Sequence record: NC_022096.1
DNA: 64,000 bases
Reading direction: 5' to 3' (one strand)
A program made the position numbers and the translations under genes. Under the pieces are notes generated by a model that was not told the DNA's origin, ran no database searches, and worked only from the letters and a program-made list of their open reading frames with translations. Shown here one piece after another: positions 53,667 to 62,505 of this stretch (its first letter is position 1; the number at the start of each line of letters is the position of its first letter).

Positions 53667-54500
53667 TTACACCTCCTCGACGTTTGCTTTGGCGCGCAGC
53701 ATGTAGGTGCTCTCCATTTCCTGCGCGAACGCGAACGCGGTCTGGTTCACTTGTTCCCATCCGCTAGGCACTTCAAACAAGCGCTCCTGCGGCAAGCGCA
53801 TGAACAGGCCTAGGGCCAGGTGATCGAAGCGTGCAGGCAGCAACTGGGTACGCTTGCCGTCGATCTTGGCGCTGCCCATCGCACGAAACACACCGAACGC
53901 GGTGGCGAAGAAGTCGTTGACCTCGCTCGGCCCCTGCACTTCGCCTTTGAGCTGTTCGAGCAGTTCCTGAGCTTTGCGCCCAAAGGTCGTGCGCTTGTCG
54001 GGTTGCGCCATGACGACACCGCCGAACTCATCGTAGTTGTCGATGACTGTCCAGTTGCAGAACGTGTGCAACTGCCTGTCTGTCCACGCAGCTTCAACTT
54101 CGTCACGCGCAGGAGCCATGCCGGGTTTGGTGCGGAAGAGCACACCGGCGACAGACAAACCTTCCAGCGGATGCCACGACGTTGCGATGTCCAAGCACTG
54201 GAAGTGCGTGTCAGCAAACGTCTTGAGCTTGTCAGCCAGAAACTCCTTGTGGGTCTTCTGATCCAGATAGAGCTGGTCGAAGTCGAAGTCCTCGGCCTCG
54301 CGAAAGATGAAGTAGTGGTACGCGCTGTTCAGCGGTTCCATGTGGTTGATGATGGTCTCCAGCAGTTGCTTGTCCTGCTTGGATACCATAGATGCGTACT
54401 TGTGCATGTACTTGAGTCCATTGAACGGGCTGTTGGCCATATCGTAGGCCAGTGTTGTCGGATCGTCGATGCTGCCATCGCGTACAGTCTGTTTACGCAT
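53667..54500 (-). CDS. Hypothetical protein (start placed at ATG 54500)
   Basis: GGGG SD-like; overlaps the upstream stop by 8 nt. Confidence 0.6.
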   Translation of the reverse strand: MRKQTVRDGSIDDPTTLAYDMANSPFNGLKYMHKYASMVSKQDKQLLETIINHMEPLNSAYHYFIFREAEDFDFDQLYLDQKTHKEFLADKLKTFADTHFQCLDIATSWHPLEGLSVAGVLFRTKPGMAPARDEVEAAWTDRQLHTFCNWTVIDNYDEFGGVVMAQPDKRTTFGRKAQELLEQLKGEVQGPSEVNDFFATAFGVFRAMGSAKIDGKRTQLLPARFDHLALGLFMRLPQERLFEVPSGWEQVNQTAFAFAQEMESTYMLRAKANVEEV

Positions 54501-54798
54501 TTGCGAGAACCCCCATTGCAACGATTGCTTTGCGGAAGAAATCACGCTCGCCTTCGGGGAACGCTTCCCACGTGTCTTGCTCCAACGCAGTGTGACGCGC
54601 CTCGCCATTCAAGCGGTAGAGCGTATAGTGGTAGTCGGCGTGATGTGGGCTATCCACTGTGAACAGCCAGTTGCCTGCCTTGACCGCGTAACCCGCGCCC
54701 TCCCGTACAACTTTGACATCCAGGAGCAGCTCGGTTTGTTTGAGCTCCTTTTCTAGGCGCTTGCGAAAGCGTTCTACCTTAGCATACGGTGTCAGCAT
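54493..54798 (-). CDS. Hypothetical protein
   Basis: TAATG overlap. Confidence 0.6.
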   Translation of the reverse strand: MLTPYAKVERFRKRLEKELKQTELLLDVKVVREGAGYAVKAGNWLFTVDSPHHADYHYTLYRLNGEARHTALEQDTWEAFPEGERDFFRKAIVAMGVLANA

Positions 54799-55202
54799 TA
54801 TTCAGCTTCCTCGTCGGAGCCCTTGACGGGTTTACGATCCCGCGGCAGCACGAAGGAGCGTTCGCCTTTGCCCAGGCGAGCATCCATTTCGCGCTGATAC
54901 TGGATGTCCCACTTGCCTTCTTCGATATGTTCGCGCAGGTTCGCCCACGTATCGGCACTCGACAGGCCTTGCTCGATTGCAGACTTGTGCATCTGCAGGA
55001 CGTTGAGTTCGTCCTGATTCATGTACTGGTCACTCTCGGTACTGCTTAGGCGATCCATACGTTCCTGAATTTGCGCAGGCAGATCAGTTCGCATGTTGAG
55101 CGCCTTGAGCGCCTTCTTGCTTTGATTGAGTCCGTAGCGTTCGCCCACGCGCAACGCCTGACGAATCACGTTCAAGGTTTCGTTGTCCAGAATGATGGCC
55201 AT
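54798..55202 (-). CDS. Hypothetical helical protein
   Basis: Packed ORF. Confidence 0.6.
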   Translation of the reverse strand: MAIILDNETLNVIRQALRVGERYGLNQSKKALKALNMRTDLPAQIQERMDRLSSTESDQYMNQDELNVLQMHKSAIEQGLSSADTWANLREHIEEGKWDIQYQREMDARLGKGERSFVLPRDRKPVKGSDEEAE

Positions 55203-55207
55203 ACGAT

Positions 55208-55645
55208 CTAACCTCTGCCGATAAATGAAATTGTTGGGAACTTGTACCCGAACAACGCGAGACGGAATTGCACAACAGGGCGGTTGTCTTCAAAGCAGCG
55301 CACTTCTCGGAATCGGAACCAGAACCAGTCCACCCACGCTTTGTACTCAAGCTCGGATACTATGGTGGGTTCCTTCTTGGTGATCTGCGTATCACCTGAG
55401 CGATTTGCTGCTGCGCGCATTATATCGTCCAGAAGGCTGTGATGGCTCTCCATAACGAAACGACCGCGCATCGCTTGGAGCACACCGTTGATGTACAAGC
55501 ACGACCAGCAAAATGCTAGCGCCAACAGAATCAAGATCACTACTGGCGTTGCAGGTATGCCTACTTTGGCAGCCAACGTAGAGGCCACATCCAACGTGGC
55601 CCATACGGAGATTGCGTACAGAAGCACGAATGCTAAGCGGCGCAT
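55208..55645 (-). CDS. Membrane protein (2 TM)
   Basis: LAFVLLYAISVWATL and VVILILLALAFCWSCLYI. Confidence 0.65.
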   Translation of the reverse strand: MRRLAFVLLYAISVWATLDVASTLAAKVGIPATPVVILILLALAFCWSCLYINGVLQAMRGRFVMESHHSLLDDIMRAAANRSGDTQITKKEPTIVSELEYKAWVDWFWFRFREVRCFEDNRPVVQFRLALFGYKFPTISFIGRG

Positions 55646-55648
55646 AGG

Positions 55649-56215
55649 TTAGTTCTCGCTAGCTCGATACAGGTCATAGCGGCCGAGTGGAAACTCCACC
55701 TCGGAGTGTGCAGTGCCCGCAATCTCCATTTGCATACAGTGCGGACAATGATGCTGCCCAATAGGTTCACCCAGCAGAAGCTCAGGATGGCCCTTGCACT
55801 GAAAATCGGAGTCGCGGAAAACTCGCACCAGCACCAGACGCGGCACAGTACGATGCACGTACTTGGGATTGTCCGAGTACAGAATGCGGATAGCTGCACT
55901 GTAGCCAGCCTCCCGTACGCGGTCCCAGATGTTCTGTTTTGCCCACAGCAGAATCTCGGCACGCGCATCGTTCGATGGCTTGGCTTCGCCATAGATCGTC
56001 CACATGTAATCGAAGACTTCCTTGTCAAGCGTCGGATGATCTACCATGCCGAAGTAGAAATCACCCTCACGATATTCGTACGGCACCAGTGAAGCCTTGT
56101 TGGTTGCCAGCGTACAGGACACGCCAGGGAGTTTGGGCGGCAAGTCAAACTCAAGACCGCCCCATTGTTCAGACTTGAGGCTCGGCATGAGGGCAATCTG
56201 GATTTTGTTAGTCAT
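55649..56215 (-). CDS. Protein with C-terminal C-x2-HPE...C-P-x-C Zn-binding-like domain, paralogue A
   Basis: DFQCKGHPELLLGEPIGQHHCPHCMQMEIAGTAHSE; start at ATG 56215 overlapping the upstream stop. Confidence 0.65.
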   Translation of the reverse strand: MTNKIQIALMPSLKSEQWGGLEFDLPPKLPGVSCTLATNKASLVPYEYREGDFYFGMVDHPTLDKEVFDYMWTIYGEAKPSNDARAEILLWAKQNIWDRVREAGYSAAIRILYSDNPKYVHRTVPRLVLVRVFRDSDFQCKGHPELLLGEPIGQHHCPHCMQMEIAGTAHSEVEFPLGRYDLYRASEN

Positions 56216-56714
56216 GGTCGGCCTCGATATGTGGCATTCCGCTGATGAGCATGGCGTTGCAGAATGGGCAGCGATACGGACGAGTCGGTTCGCCCAGCTG
56301 GAACTCTGGATGCTCCTTGCACTCGAAGTCTCGGTTGAAGTAGAAGCGCAGCACGACAAACAGATACGGCACGCCTTCCGCTTGCTTCATGTGGCGGATC
56401 GAAGTGTGGTGCCCAGTCGAATCCGCTATGGCTCGAATCGCCATCGCAAACTTGGCAATCTTACCTTCACCTTCGCAGCGTTCGTGTGGACTACCTTGCA
56501 CGCGAAACACCAGATCAGTGACGGGCATGGTCTGCGGTGCAGAGAACACGGCGTAGTGGAGGTTACCGTCGCGGGTCACGCGAATGGGCACCATGTTGTG
56601 GCGACCGCCGCTGACGGAAATCAGGATGTTGTCCGCCTTGGGGAGTTCGATACCTGCGAACAGGCCTTTGGGGTGCGGTTGAGTCAGCATCGGGTAGATA
56701 ACGTCGGTGCTCAT
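56208..56714 (-). CDS. Protein with the same C-terminal Zn-binding-like domain, paralogue B
   Basis: DFECKEHPEFQLGEPTRPYRCPFCNAMLISGMPHIE. Confidence 0.65.
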   Translation of the reverse strand: MSTDVIYPMLTQPHPKGLFAGIELPKADNILISVSGGRHNMVPIRVTRDGNLHYAVFSAPQTMPVTDLVFRVQGSPHERCEGEGKIAKFAMAIRAIADSTGHHTSIRHMKQAEGVPYLFVVLRFYFNRDFECKEHPEFQLGEPTRPYRCPFCNAMLISGMPHIEADHD

Positions 56715-57103
56715 TTCGGAGACTCCTTGTACCAGACCTTGACGAAGGCGTACATGTGATCACTGCATTGGCTAGTCACGTACCATTGTTGGGTTTTGTA
56801 CCCGTGAGCCGCAAACAGCTCGGACACGTCTGCGGCAGCAGCTTGCAGCAACTCCAGATCAGAGTCTGCGAAGCGCAGCGCGATGATGCTAGACGTTGGG
56901 ACCTCAGGGTCTTCATCCGTCACAAAGGCATACAGCTTGTTGCCTTCGACTTTTGCAGGTTCAAGGGATTCAGTTATCCCGTCTACGACCGCAATCGCCA
57001 TGTCAGGGCTGAGTACGGGGAGTTGAATTTCGGAGTCTTCGATCATGACTACGTTCGGACGTACCGACGCGAAGCCTACGATCCATGGGAGTGTACGGCG
57101 CAT
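56711..57103 (-). CDS. Hypothetical protein
   Basis: TAATG and ATGA overlaps. Confidence 0.6.
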   Translation of the reverse strand: MRRTLPWIVGFASVRPNVVMIEDSEIQLPVLSPDMAIAVVDGITESLEPAKVEGNKLYAFVTDEDPEVPTSSIIALRFADSDLELLQAAAADVSELFAAHGYKTQQWYVTSQCSDHMYAFVKVWYKESPK

Positions 57104-57336
57104 TACGATATACCTCTAATGAGAACATTTGGAAAGTCCATCATGGTGTAGTGGGGCTTGCCCTTCACTTCAACATCCACGATAAACGATTTCCGATCTG
57201 GAGAGCGGCGAACGTCGACCAGCTTGAGTCGATCACCCTTTTGCAGAATAGCGACACCCGTAGGCATTCCTTGCAAAACTACAGGACCATCAGTTAGCTC
57301 GACGACATTGCCTTTCAGTTTGGCAAATTCGTCCAC
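57103..57336 (-). CDS. Small beta-barrel (SH3-like) hypothetical protein
   Basis: GGGAG SD; ILQKGDRLKLV pattern. Confidence 0.55.
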   Translation of the reverse strand: MDEFAKLKGNVVELTDGPVVLQGMPTGVAILQKGDRLKLVDVRRSPDRKSFIVDVEVKGKPHYTMMDFPNVLIRGIS

Positions 57337-57346
57337 TAGAACTCCC

Positions 57347-57700
57347 TCAATGTCGGATTGGGCCTTCTTGCAAGTAACCCAACCACTCCGCAGTGTGCAG
57401 GACTTCCACGAGAACGACGATGCTCTGTTTCATCTGAGCATCCACCACTTCGTCTTCCCGTGGACCTACGATTCGGCGTACTATTGATTGCTTGAACTGC
57501 ACGTCCAGCACACGCCCTATGGTATCGCTGCTGCGTGGACTCAGGTGTTCCGAGGCGTCATCCACCGAGAGTTGGTACAGTGCGCCCTTCTCAGGAATCA
57601 CCAGCAGATTCGGATGCACCAGTACACGCTCCAACTGACGCCCGTCTGCCCAGACTTCGTAGTTGACCTTGTTGTCGATAAATGCGGCTACTTTTCCCAT
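57347..57700 (-). CDS. Hypothetical protein
   Basis: GGAG SD; packed. Confidence 0.6.
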   Translation of the reverse strand: MGKVAAFIDNKVNYEVWADGRQLERVLVHPNLLVIPEKGALYQLSVDDASEHLSPRSSDTIGRVLDVQFKQSIVRRIVGPREDEVVDAQMKQSIVVLVEVLHTAEWLGYLQEGPIRH

Positions 57701-57735
57701 GATACTTCTCCAAACTCATCTATTGGTGTTGCGAA

Positions 57736-58257
57736 TTACGCGAAGGCTTCGGCGAACGCCACCAAGTTCGCGGTGTTGGTAACGTACAGCTTGTTGTTCT
57801 CGACCAGACGTAGGCGAATCTCGTAGAGTTCTGGCACTTGACTCAGGCAGCGCAGGGACACCAGAGTGAAGGCGCCGAACTTGTTGCCGTAGAGAGTCGG
57901 CGGCGCAGGTTCGATAGGAGCATCTTGGTCAACCTCGTCCAGAGCAACTAGACCTTCCAGCATGAAGTTGCCACGCAGTTCGCAGTCTGCGATTAGCCCT
58001 TCGAGCATTGCGCGCAGGACGATTCGGACGTTCGGGATGTTTGGCAGCACAAACGTCTTCAAGTGCGGATCACTGGTCATGAAGTAGATGGCGCTCACTG
58101 GAACGTCAACGCCATCCATGTGATCTTCTACCATTGCGATCTGCCGTCCGCACGCATCGGCAATCTCCAGCACAGTACCCACAGGAAGTTGCTCAGGTAC
58201 GGCACGCCCTGCGAACACTGGCGTGAACGGCAGGGTCTTCGTTAGGATAACGCGCAT
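57736..58257 (-). CDS. Hypothetical protein
   Basis: AGGAG SD. Confidence 0.6.
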   Translation of the reverse strand: MRVILTKTLPFTPVFAGRAVPEQLPVGTVLEIADACGRQIAMVEDHMDGVDVPVSAIYFMTSDPHLKTFVLPNIPNVRIVLRAMLEGLIADCELRGNFMLEGLVALDEVDQDAPIEPAPPTLYGNKFGAFTLVSLRCLSQVPELYEIRLRLVENNKLYVTNTANLVAFAEAFA

Positions 58258-58258
58258 A

Positions 58259-58771
58259 TCACTTCTCCTTGATTTTGAGTTTCGTCACCTCTGTTGCAAA
58301 CTGCTCCAGCTCGGCATCCCAGTACAGGCGTTCAACCTTGCCCTTGTCGTAGTACCCGTACAGGTCACCTTTCACGCACGCGGCGAACAGCTTGTACAGT
58401 GCCAGATCAAACGTGCTCGCGTCGATGCTGATATGCCGAGTAGTGGTCACCAGTCGAGTGCGTATCACCTTGCGGTCTTCAAACACGGGAACGCTGATCC
58501 GTGTAGCTTCGCCAAAGCGGAAGCCGACTACGCGAAAGCGCGCACTGGTCGAATCCCACATGACGCCGAAGGTTGCCTTGGTTTTCAGCTTCTCAGCAAT
58601 CTCGGCAGCACTCGGAACAACCAACGCGTGGTCACCAAACTCTTTTGCGGATAGGCGAGACGCAACTTTGCCTCGCCAGATGTTGAAGCCGCCATCGCAC
58701 TCGTTGCAGCGGACAAGCATACCCTCTCGAAACTTCTTAGTGTCCGCGATAATCAACGCCACATCGTTCAT
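58259..58771 (-). CDS. Hypothetical protein
   Basis: ATGA overlap. Confidence 0.6.
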   Translation of the reverse strand: MNDVALIIADTKKFREGMLVRCNECDGGFNIWRGKVASRLSAKEFGDHALVVPSAAEIAEKLKTKATFGVMWDSTSARFRVVGFRFGEATRISVPVFEDRKVIRTRLVTTTRHISIDASTFDLALYKLFAACVKGDLYGYYDKGKVERLYWDAELEQFATEVTKLKIKEK

Positions 58772-59283
58772 TGCCGCGTTGCTCCGATTCGGCAGTGCAT
58801 CGCGTGCAGCTCCTCGCTAGAAATAGGAGGTTGCGTGTACGAGCTGCACTTGGTGTAGAACGCAAACACCACGTCAACCGATGGACTGCGCAGGTCGCGC
58901 TTGTCGATCACGGTGTCCATGTACTTGCCGCTGCCCAGATCACCAAACTCGGCAATGTAGATGATGCGCTGCACGTGGTCGCCGTTCGCAACTTCTTGCA
59001 GGAGATTCGGGTCGAACCCGGAGTGAATGATCACGACTTCGGACCAAGGCGTCTCCGGAAACATACCGAACAGGCTGTGGCTCAGGTGCCCGTCAACCGA
59101 TTTCAGTCGGCGCAGCACTGCCTCGTACATTTTCTCCTGACGAGGATCGGAGAGCAACAAACAGGCGTTACTCTCTTTCAAGGTAGCAGCCAAAAAGGCC
59201 ACTACCTGATCTTCATACGAGGAGCGGCTCAGGCTCATGCGAATGGAGTCAAACGGTTTCTTGAGGGCATCCAGCAGATTCAT
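58768..59283 (-). CDS. Hypothetical protein
   Basis: Overlaps the phosphoesterase 3' end. Confidence 0.55.
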   Translation of the reverse strand: MNLLDALKKPFDSIRMSLSRSSYEDQVVAFLAATLKESNACLLLSDPRQEKMYEAVLRRLKSVDGHLSHSLFGMFPETPWSEVVIIHSGFDPNLLQEVANGDHVQRIIYIAEFGDLGSGKYMDTVIDKRDLRSPSVDVVFAFYTKCSSYTQPPISSEELHAMHCRIGATRQ

Positions 59284-59854
59284 TGGCTGTGCTCCGTGGC
59301 TTGTGGTGATCGGGTGCCCAGATTTCTTGGGCGTCCATGTGGGCTTTCACTTCCTCGAACGTGAAGAAGCGATGCTCCGGGTGATTGTCCAGACCAACAT
59401 CGAGTCGCTTGCCGCGAGCTTCGAGGTTACCGTGGCAGTGCCCATGTACATGCCATGTGCCGTAGTGACTGCGGTTCCAAATCTCCCACGGGAAGTGGCA
59501 CATGTAGATCAACTGCCCGTTGACCTTAGCTCGGTACGTGTCCCCGATAAACTGCACACGGCTCAGGCCCGCACGTCGCACTTTGCTCCAGAGGAAGTCC
59601 TCGTCGTGATTGCCGAGCACAAACACCTTCTGGCCGTTGAGCGCCTCGATCAGATCAATCAGGCGCTGCTCTTCGGTGTGCCGCAGGAACGAGAAGTCGC
59701 CAGCGTGGTACACCGTGTCGCCCGGACGTACGGTGCTGTTCCACAGGTCCAGCAAGCGCTCCGTGTTCTCCGAGTTCTCCCAAGGCCTGGCGTTAAAGGT
59801 GCAGACCTTGTCGTGGTAGAAGTGCAGATCGCTGGTGAAGTAGTGCTCAACCAT
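59249..59854 (-). CDS. Calcineurin-like metallophosphoesterase
   Basis: All five motifs present: SDLHF, HAGDFS, LGNHD, MCHFP, VHGHCH. Confidence 0.92.
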   Translation of the reverse strand: MVEHYFTSDLHFYHDKVCTFNARPWENSENTERLLDLWNSTVRPGDTVYHAGDFSFLRHTEEQRLIDLIEALNGQKVFVLGNHDEDFLWSKVRRAGLSRVQFIGDTYRAKVNGQLIYMCHFPWEIWNRSHYGTWHVHGHCHGNLEARGKRLDVGLDNHPEHRFFTFEEVKAHMDAQEIWAPDHHKPRSTANESAGCPQETV

Positions 59855-60110
59855 GTGTTACTCCTTTCTGTTGACGCAGCTCCCACCACACCAAGAGAGC
59901 GAGTGACGAAAGCAACAACCCAAATAGCCAAGCATAGTACAATACCATACGATGCCAAAATTCCGAGAAGCTCGTCGGCGGTGTGCCCATCATCTGCAAA
60001 AGTGGTGCCGGCACCAACATCCACAGCTTGAGAGTGATGTGGGTGCAGTCAACGCATTGTTTGAGAAACGTGACGTACAGCGACCAGATGAGTTCTAGCT
60101 TGGCTTTCAT
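59847..60110 (-). CDS. Small membrane protein
   Basis: Hydrophobic VLYYAWLFGLLLSSLALLVWW; TGATG overlap. Confidence 0.55.
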   Translation of the reverse strand: MKAKLELIWSLYVTFLKQCVDCTHITLKLWMLVPAPLLQMMGTPPTSFSEFWHRMVLYYAWLFGLLLSSLALLVWWELRQQKGVTHG

Positions 60111-60928
60111 CAGTGCAGTACCTCAGGAGTCCAGCCAGGCACATTCAGACGAACCAGAGTGCGGTGGCAGTCAAAGTTGATCGGCAGCGATTCGTGCAGC
60201 ATAGTCACGTTGCCTGCGTACACGGTGTTTGCAGCGAGCATGTGCTCACGCATGTGGCTGAGGTCGATGTGACTGACATCACCGCCATCGCCGATGTCCC
60301 CTTCCCATTCGCCTTCGAGTGCGCGACAGGCTTGCACGTTCGACGCCAGAATGATGCCTTCCAGCGGGAACCCTTGGGCATCAGTGATCCAGTCGGGCTT
60401 GGTTTCCCAGCCGGCAGTTGCGTGACGACCGGGCGTCGGCTGATGGCGTGGTGTGCTCGGGCGTGGAATATGCCCCTGCTGACGGTGACCCGCCACAACA
60501 GGTACATGATATGGTTCAGGCTTGTGCCCAAGAGCGGAGATACGATGGCCGTGTCGACCGCCTGCGCTACGGTGCACACCGTGATGCCCGTTCGCGTATT
60601 GCGAATACAGCGCCAGCAGATCAGCCGGCAAACGGTCAGGATCGACAGCGTAGCCCACGCCAGACTTGCTCAGCTCCGGAATCCAGAAGCCATCCAGGTG
60701 CATACGCGGGCGCCGATGGGTCGTGCCTGCTTTGACAACACCTTCGTCGACCATGATGTACACAGGCCCATTTGTCTCTACGCCGTCGAGCATGGCGTCA
60801 ACCGTGGACTGCCAACGAGCCAGATCGCTCGGCAGGCCGTCGTCTTTGAAGAAGGCGCGCATGTGATGGCGTTCGCCCATGAACTCTGGGAAGGTGACGT
60901 TGCCGCGTTGCTGCACAATGCTTTGCAT
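60110..60928 (-). CDS. Probable 2OG-Fe(II) oxygenase-superfamily protein with His-rich insertion
   Basis: HLD (HxD) ... LHES (distal His) ... RTLVRL (2OG-binding Arg); GAGG SD supports a start at 60928. Confidence 0.5.
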   Translation of the reverse strand: MQSIVQQRGNVTFPEFMGERHHMRAFFKDDGLPSDLARWQSTVDAMLDGVETNGPVYIMVDEGVVKAGTTHRRPRMHLDGFWIPELSKSGVGYAVDPDRLPADLLALYSQYANGHHGVHRSAGGRHGHRISALGHKPEPYHVPVVAGHRQQGHIPRPSTPRHQPTPGRHATAGWETKPDWITDAQGFPLEGIILASNVQACRALEGEWEGDIGDGGDVSHIDLSHMREHMLAANTVYAGNVTMLHESLPINFDCHRTLVRLNVPGWTPEVLH

Positions 60929-60950
60929 ATCTAACCTCATCTATATGTAG

Positions 60951-61033
60951 AACCAATAGCACCAGAATGCTGCGTGCTAGTCGCACTGCCATTATCTCAT
61001 AACTGCAAACAGTAGTCTATAGTGCTATTGGTT
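60951..61033 (-). other. Structured AT-rich intergenic element/leader with a 12-bp terminal inverted repeat
   Basis: AACCAATAGCAC ... GTGCTATTGGTT enclosing ~60 nt with small internal hairpins, upstream of the 60928 SD. Confidence 0.5.
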
Positions 61034-61060
61034 AAATGTTTAGCTCAGGTTGTTTCGTGG

Positions 61061-61582
61061 CTATACGATTTCCGGAATCAAATGCGCCGGAACGTGCTTG
61101 TACAGACGGTCGATCGGAACTTCGATTGCCAGACTAGGCAAGTCAGACAACTCAGGACCAACAACCTGTCCTTTGAACTTCGGAACTACCCAGGCCGTAG
61201 GTGCACGGTTCATATCGCTCGACACGGCGACAACATACACGACAGACATGGGAGGCAGCTTGCCAGAGACACCGTACTTCTCCTCCTGCGTCAGGTAGGC
61301 GAAGCAGCCATCATTGATACCGCTGGTCACGAGGCGATTTAGCTTGCCGTGCTTGCGCTTGCTCATTACTGCCTTGATGAGGCTGCGCTTGTCCAGCCAT
61401 TGCTGCGCCGTGAGCAGGATAGCCAGCGACACGAATGACGCAACGATGAATTGCAGGCCGAGCACTTGGTCGCTGAACAGCTTGTACAACGGCACTAGCG
61501 AATTGCTACGAATGCAGATCAGGACGTATGCCGCCAATATGGCGATCACCAGATTGGGCAAAGCGCGAGATTGAGTAGCCAT
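61061..61582 (-). CDS. Membrane protein (2 TM) with soluble C-terminal domain
   Basis: TGATG overlap at 61582; LVIAILAAYVLICI and FIVASFVSLAILL. Confidence 0.6.
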   Translation of the reverse strand: MATQSRALPNLVIAILAAYVLICIRSNSLVPLYKLFSDQVLGLQFIVASFVSLAILLTAQQWLDKRSLIKAVMSKRKHGKLNRLVTSGINDGCFAYLTQEEKYGVSGKLPPMSVVYVVAVSSDMNRAPTAWVVPKFKGQVVGPELSDLPSLAIEVPIDRLYKHVPAHLIPEIV

Positions 61583-62505
61583 CAGAAGTTTCCTTGTTCG
61601 ACTTTTATTTTGTGTGGGCGGAAGTCGCCCTGCATGGAGTGCAGCTTCTCGGTGAGAAGGTTGCGCTTGTACCAAGCACGCCCGTACGCCGCGGCGAACA
61701 GAGTGCTCATACCCGTACGACGAGGCGCACAACGCACCACGTATACCGGGTTATTGCTGTGCAGCATGTCCATTATTTTGCGCTGGTGTGGATACAGGTT
61801 GTCGATGGGCGGCGGCACGTTCGGCTTCTTAGGTAACTCCGCGATCGCCGCCATCATATCGGCGATAATCTGCTCGGAGTTGATCGGCTCTTCGGAGCCC
61901 CGCCAATTCTTCATCTGATTTAGGTCCACAGACATTTCCGTGTCGTACATGGGCAAGTTGACGATCTTTGCGATGTACGGGTCGCGCATCCAATGTGCGT
62001 ACAGCTTGCGCGCCTGCAGCTCTCGATGAGTGGCCGTCAATCGGTCTTGAACGTCCCGCACGGAATGTTGCGTCCAAAATCCTTCCACAGCCTTTTCAGC
62101 CATGAGTTCGTGCATGAGGTCCAACGTCATCGTGGATTTACCGCCGGCAGCCGCACGTCGCACGCTCTCCGAGTCGAAGAACGAACGGCACGTCGGTGAA
62201 ATGTGCAGCATGGCGCCAGCTCTCGGCGCTGTCTTGAACTCCCACTGGAAAGTTTCACCATCTTGAGACGTGAAGTAACCGTCCGCCTGTTCTGGTATAG
62301 CCCAGAGGTTGCCGTTGCCTGCACCGAACGGATACGTGACACTGACTTTAAGGTTGTCATAGAACGAGTCATGCACCGGGCCGAAGTTGTCGAGCGCTAC
62401 GACTTCGCTAGTGCCGCGAATCATTTGATAGGCACCGGCTTCGCGTTCTTTCTTGCTGCGCTCCTTGTCGAGCTCCTTACGGCTTCTATACCCGTGTGTC
62501 TTCAT
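61582..62505 (-). CDS. Hypothetical protein ending in a degenerate terminase/helicase-like Q plus Walker A segment
   Basis: GGAG SD before ATG 62505; LYPHQ...APRRTGMST. Confidence 0.55.
   Translation of the reverse strand: MKTHGYRSRKELDKERSKKEREAGAYQMIRGTSEVVALDNFGPVHDSFYDNLKVSVTYPFGAGNGNLWAIPEQADGYFTSQDGETFQWEFKTAPRAGAMLHISPTCRSFFDSESVRRAAAGGKSTMTLDLMHELMAEKAVEGFWTQHSVRDVQDRLTATHRELQARKLYAHWMRDPYIAKIVNLPMYDTEMSVDLNQMKNWRGSEEPINSEQIIADMMAAIAELPKKPNVPPPIDNLYPHQRKIMDMLHSNNPVYVVRCAPRRTGMSTLFAAAYGRAWYKRNLLTEKLHSMQGDFRPHKIKVEQGNF

Noticed and set aside
60951-61033. tRNA gene (cloverleaf-like appearance)
   Set aside because: It lacks the T-loop GTTCRA and D-loop GG consensus, and the stem lengths do not fit a tRNA. 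Kept only as a generic structured element.
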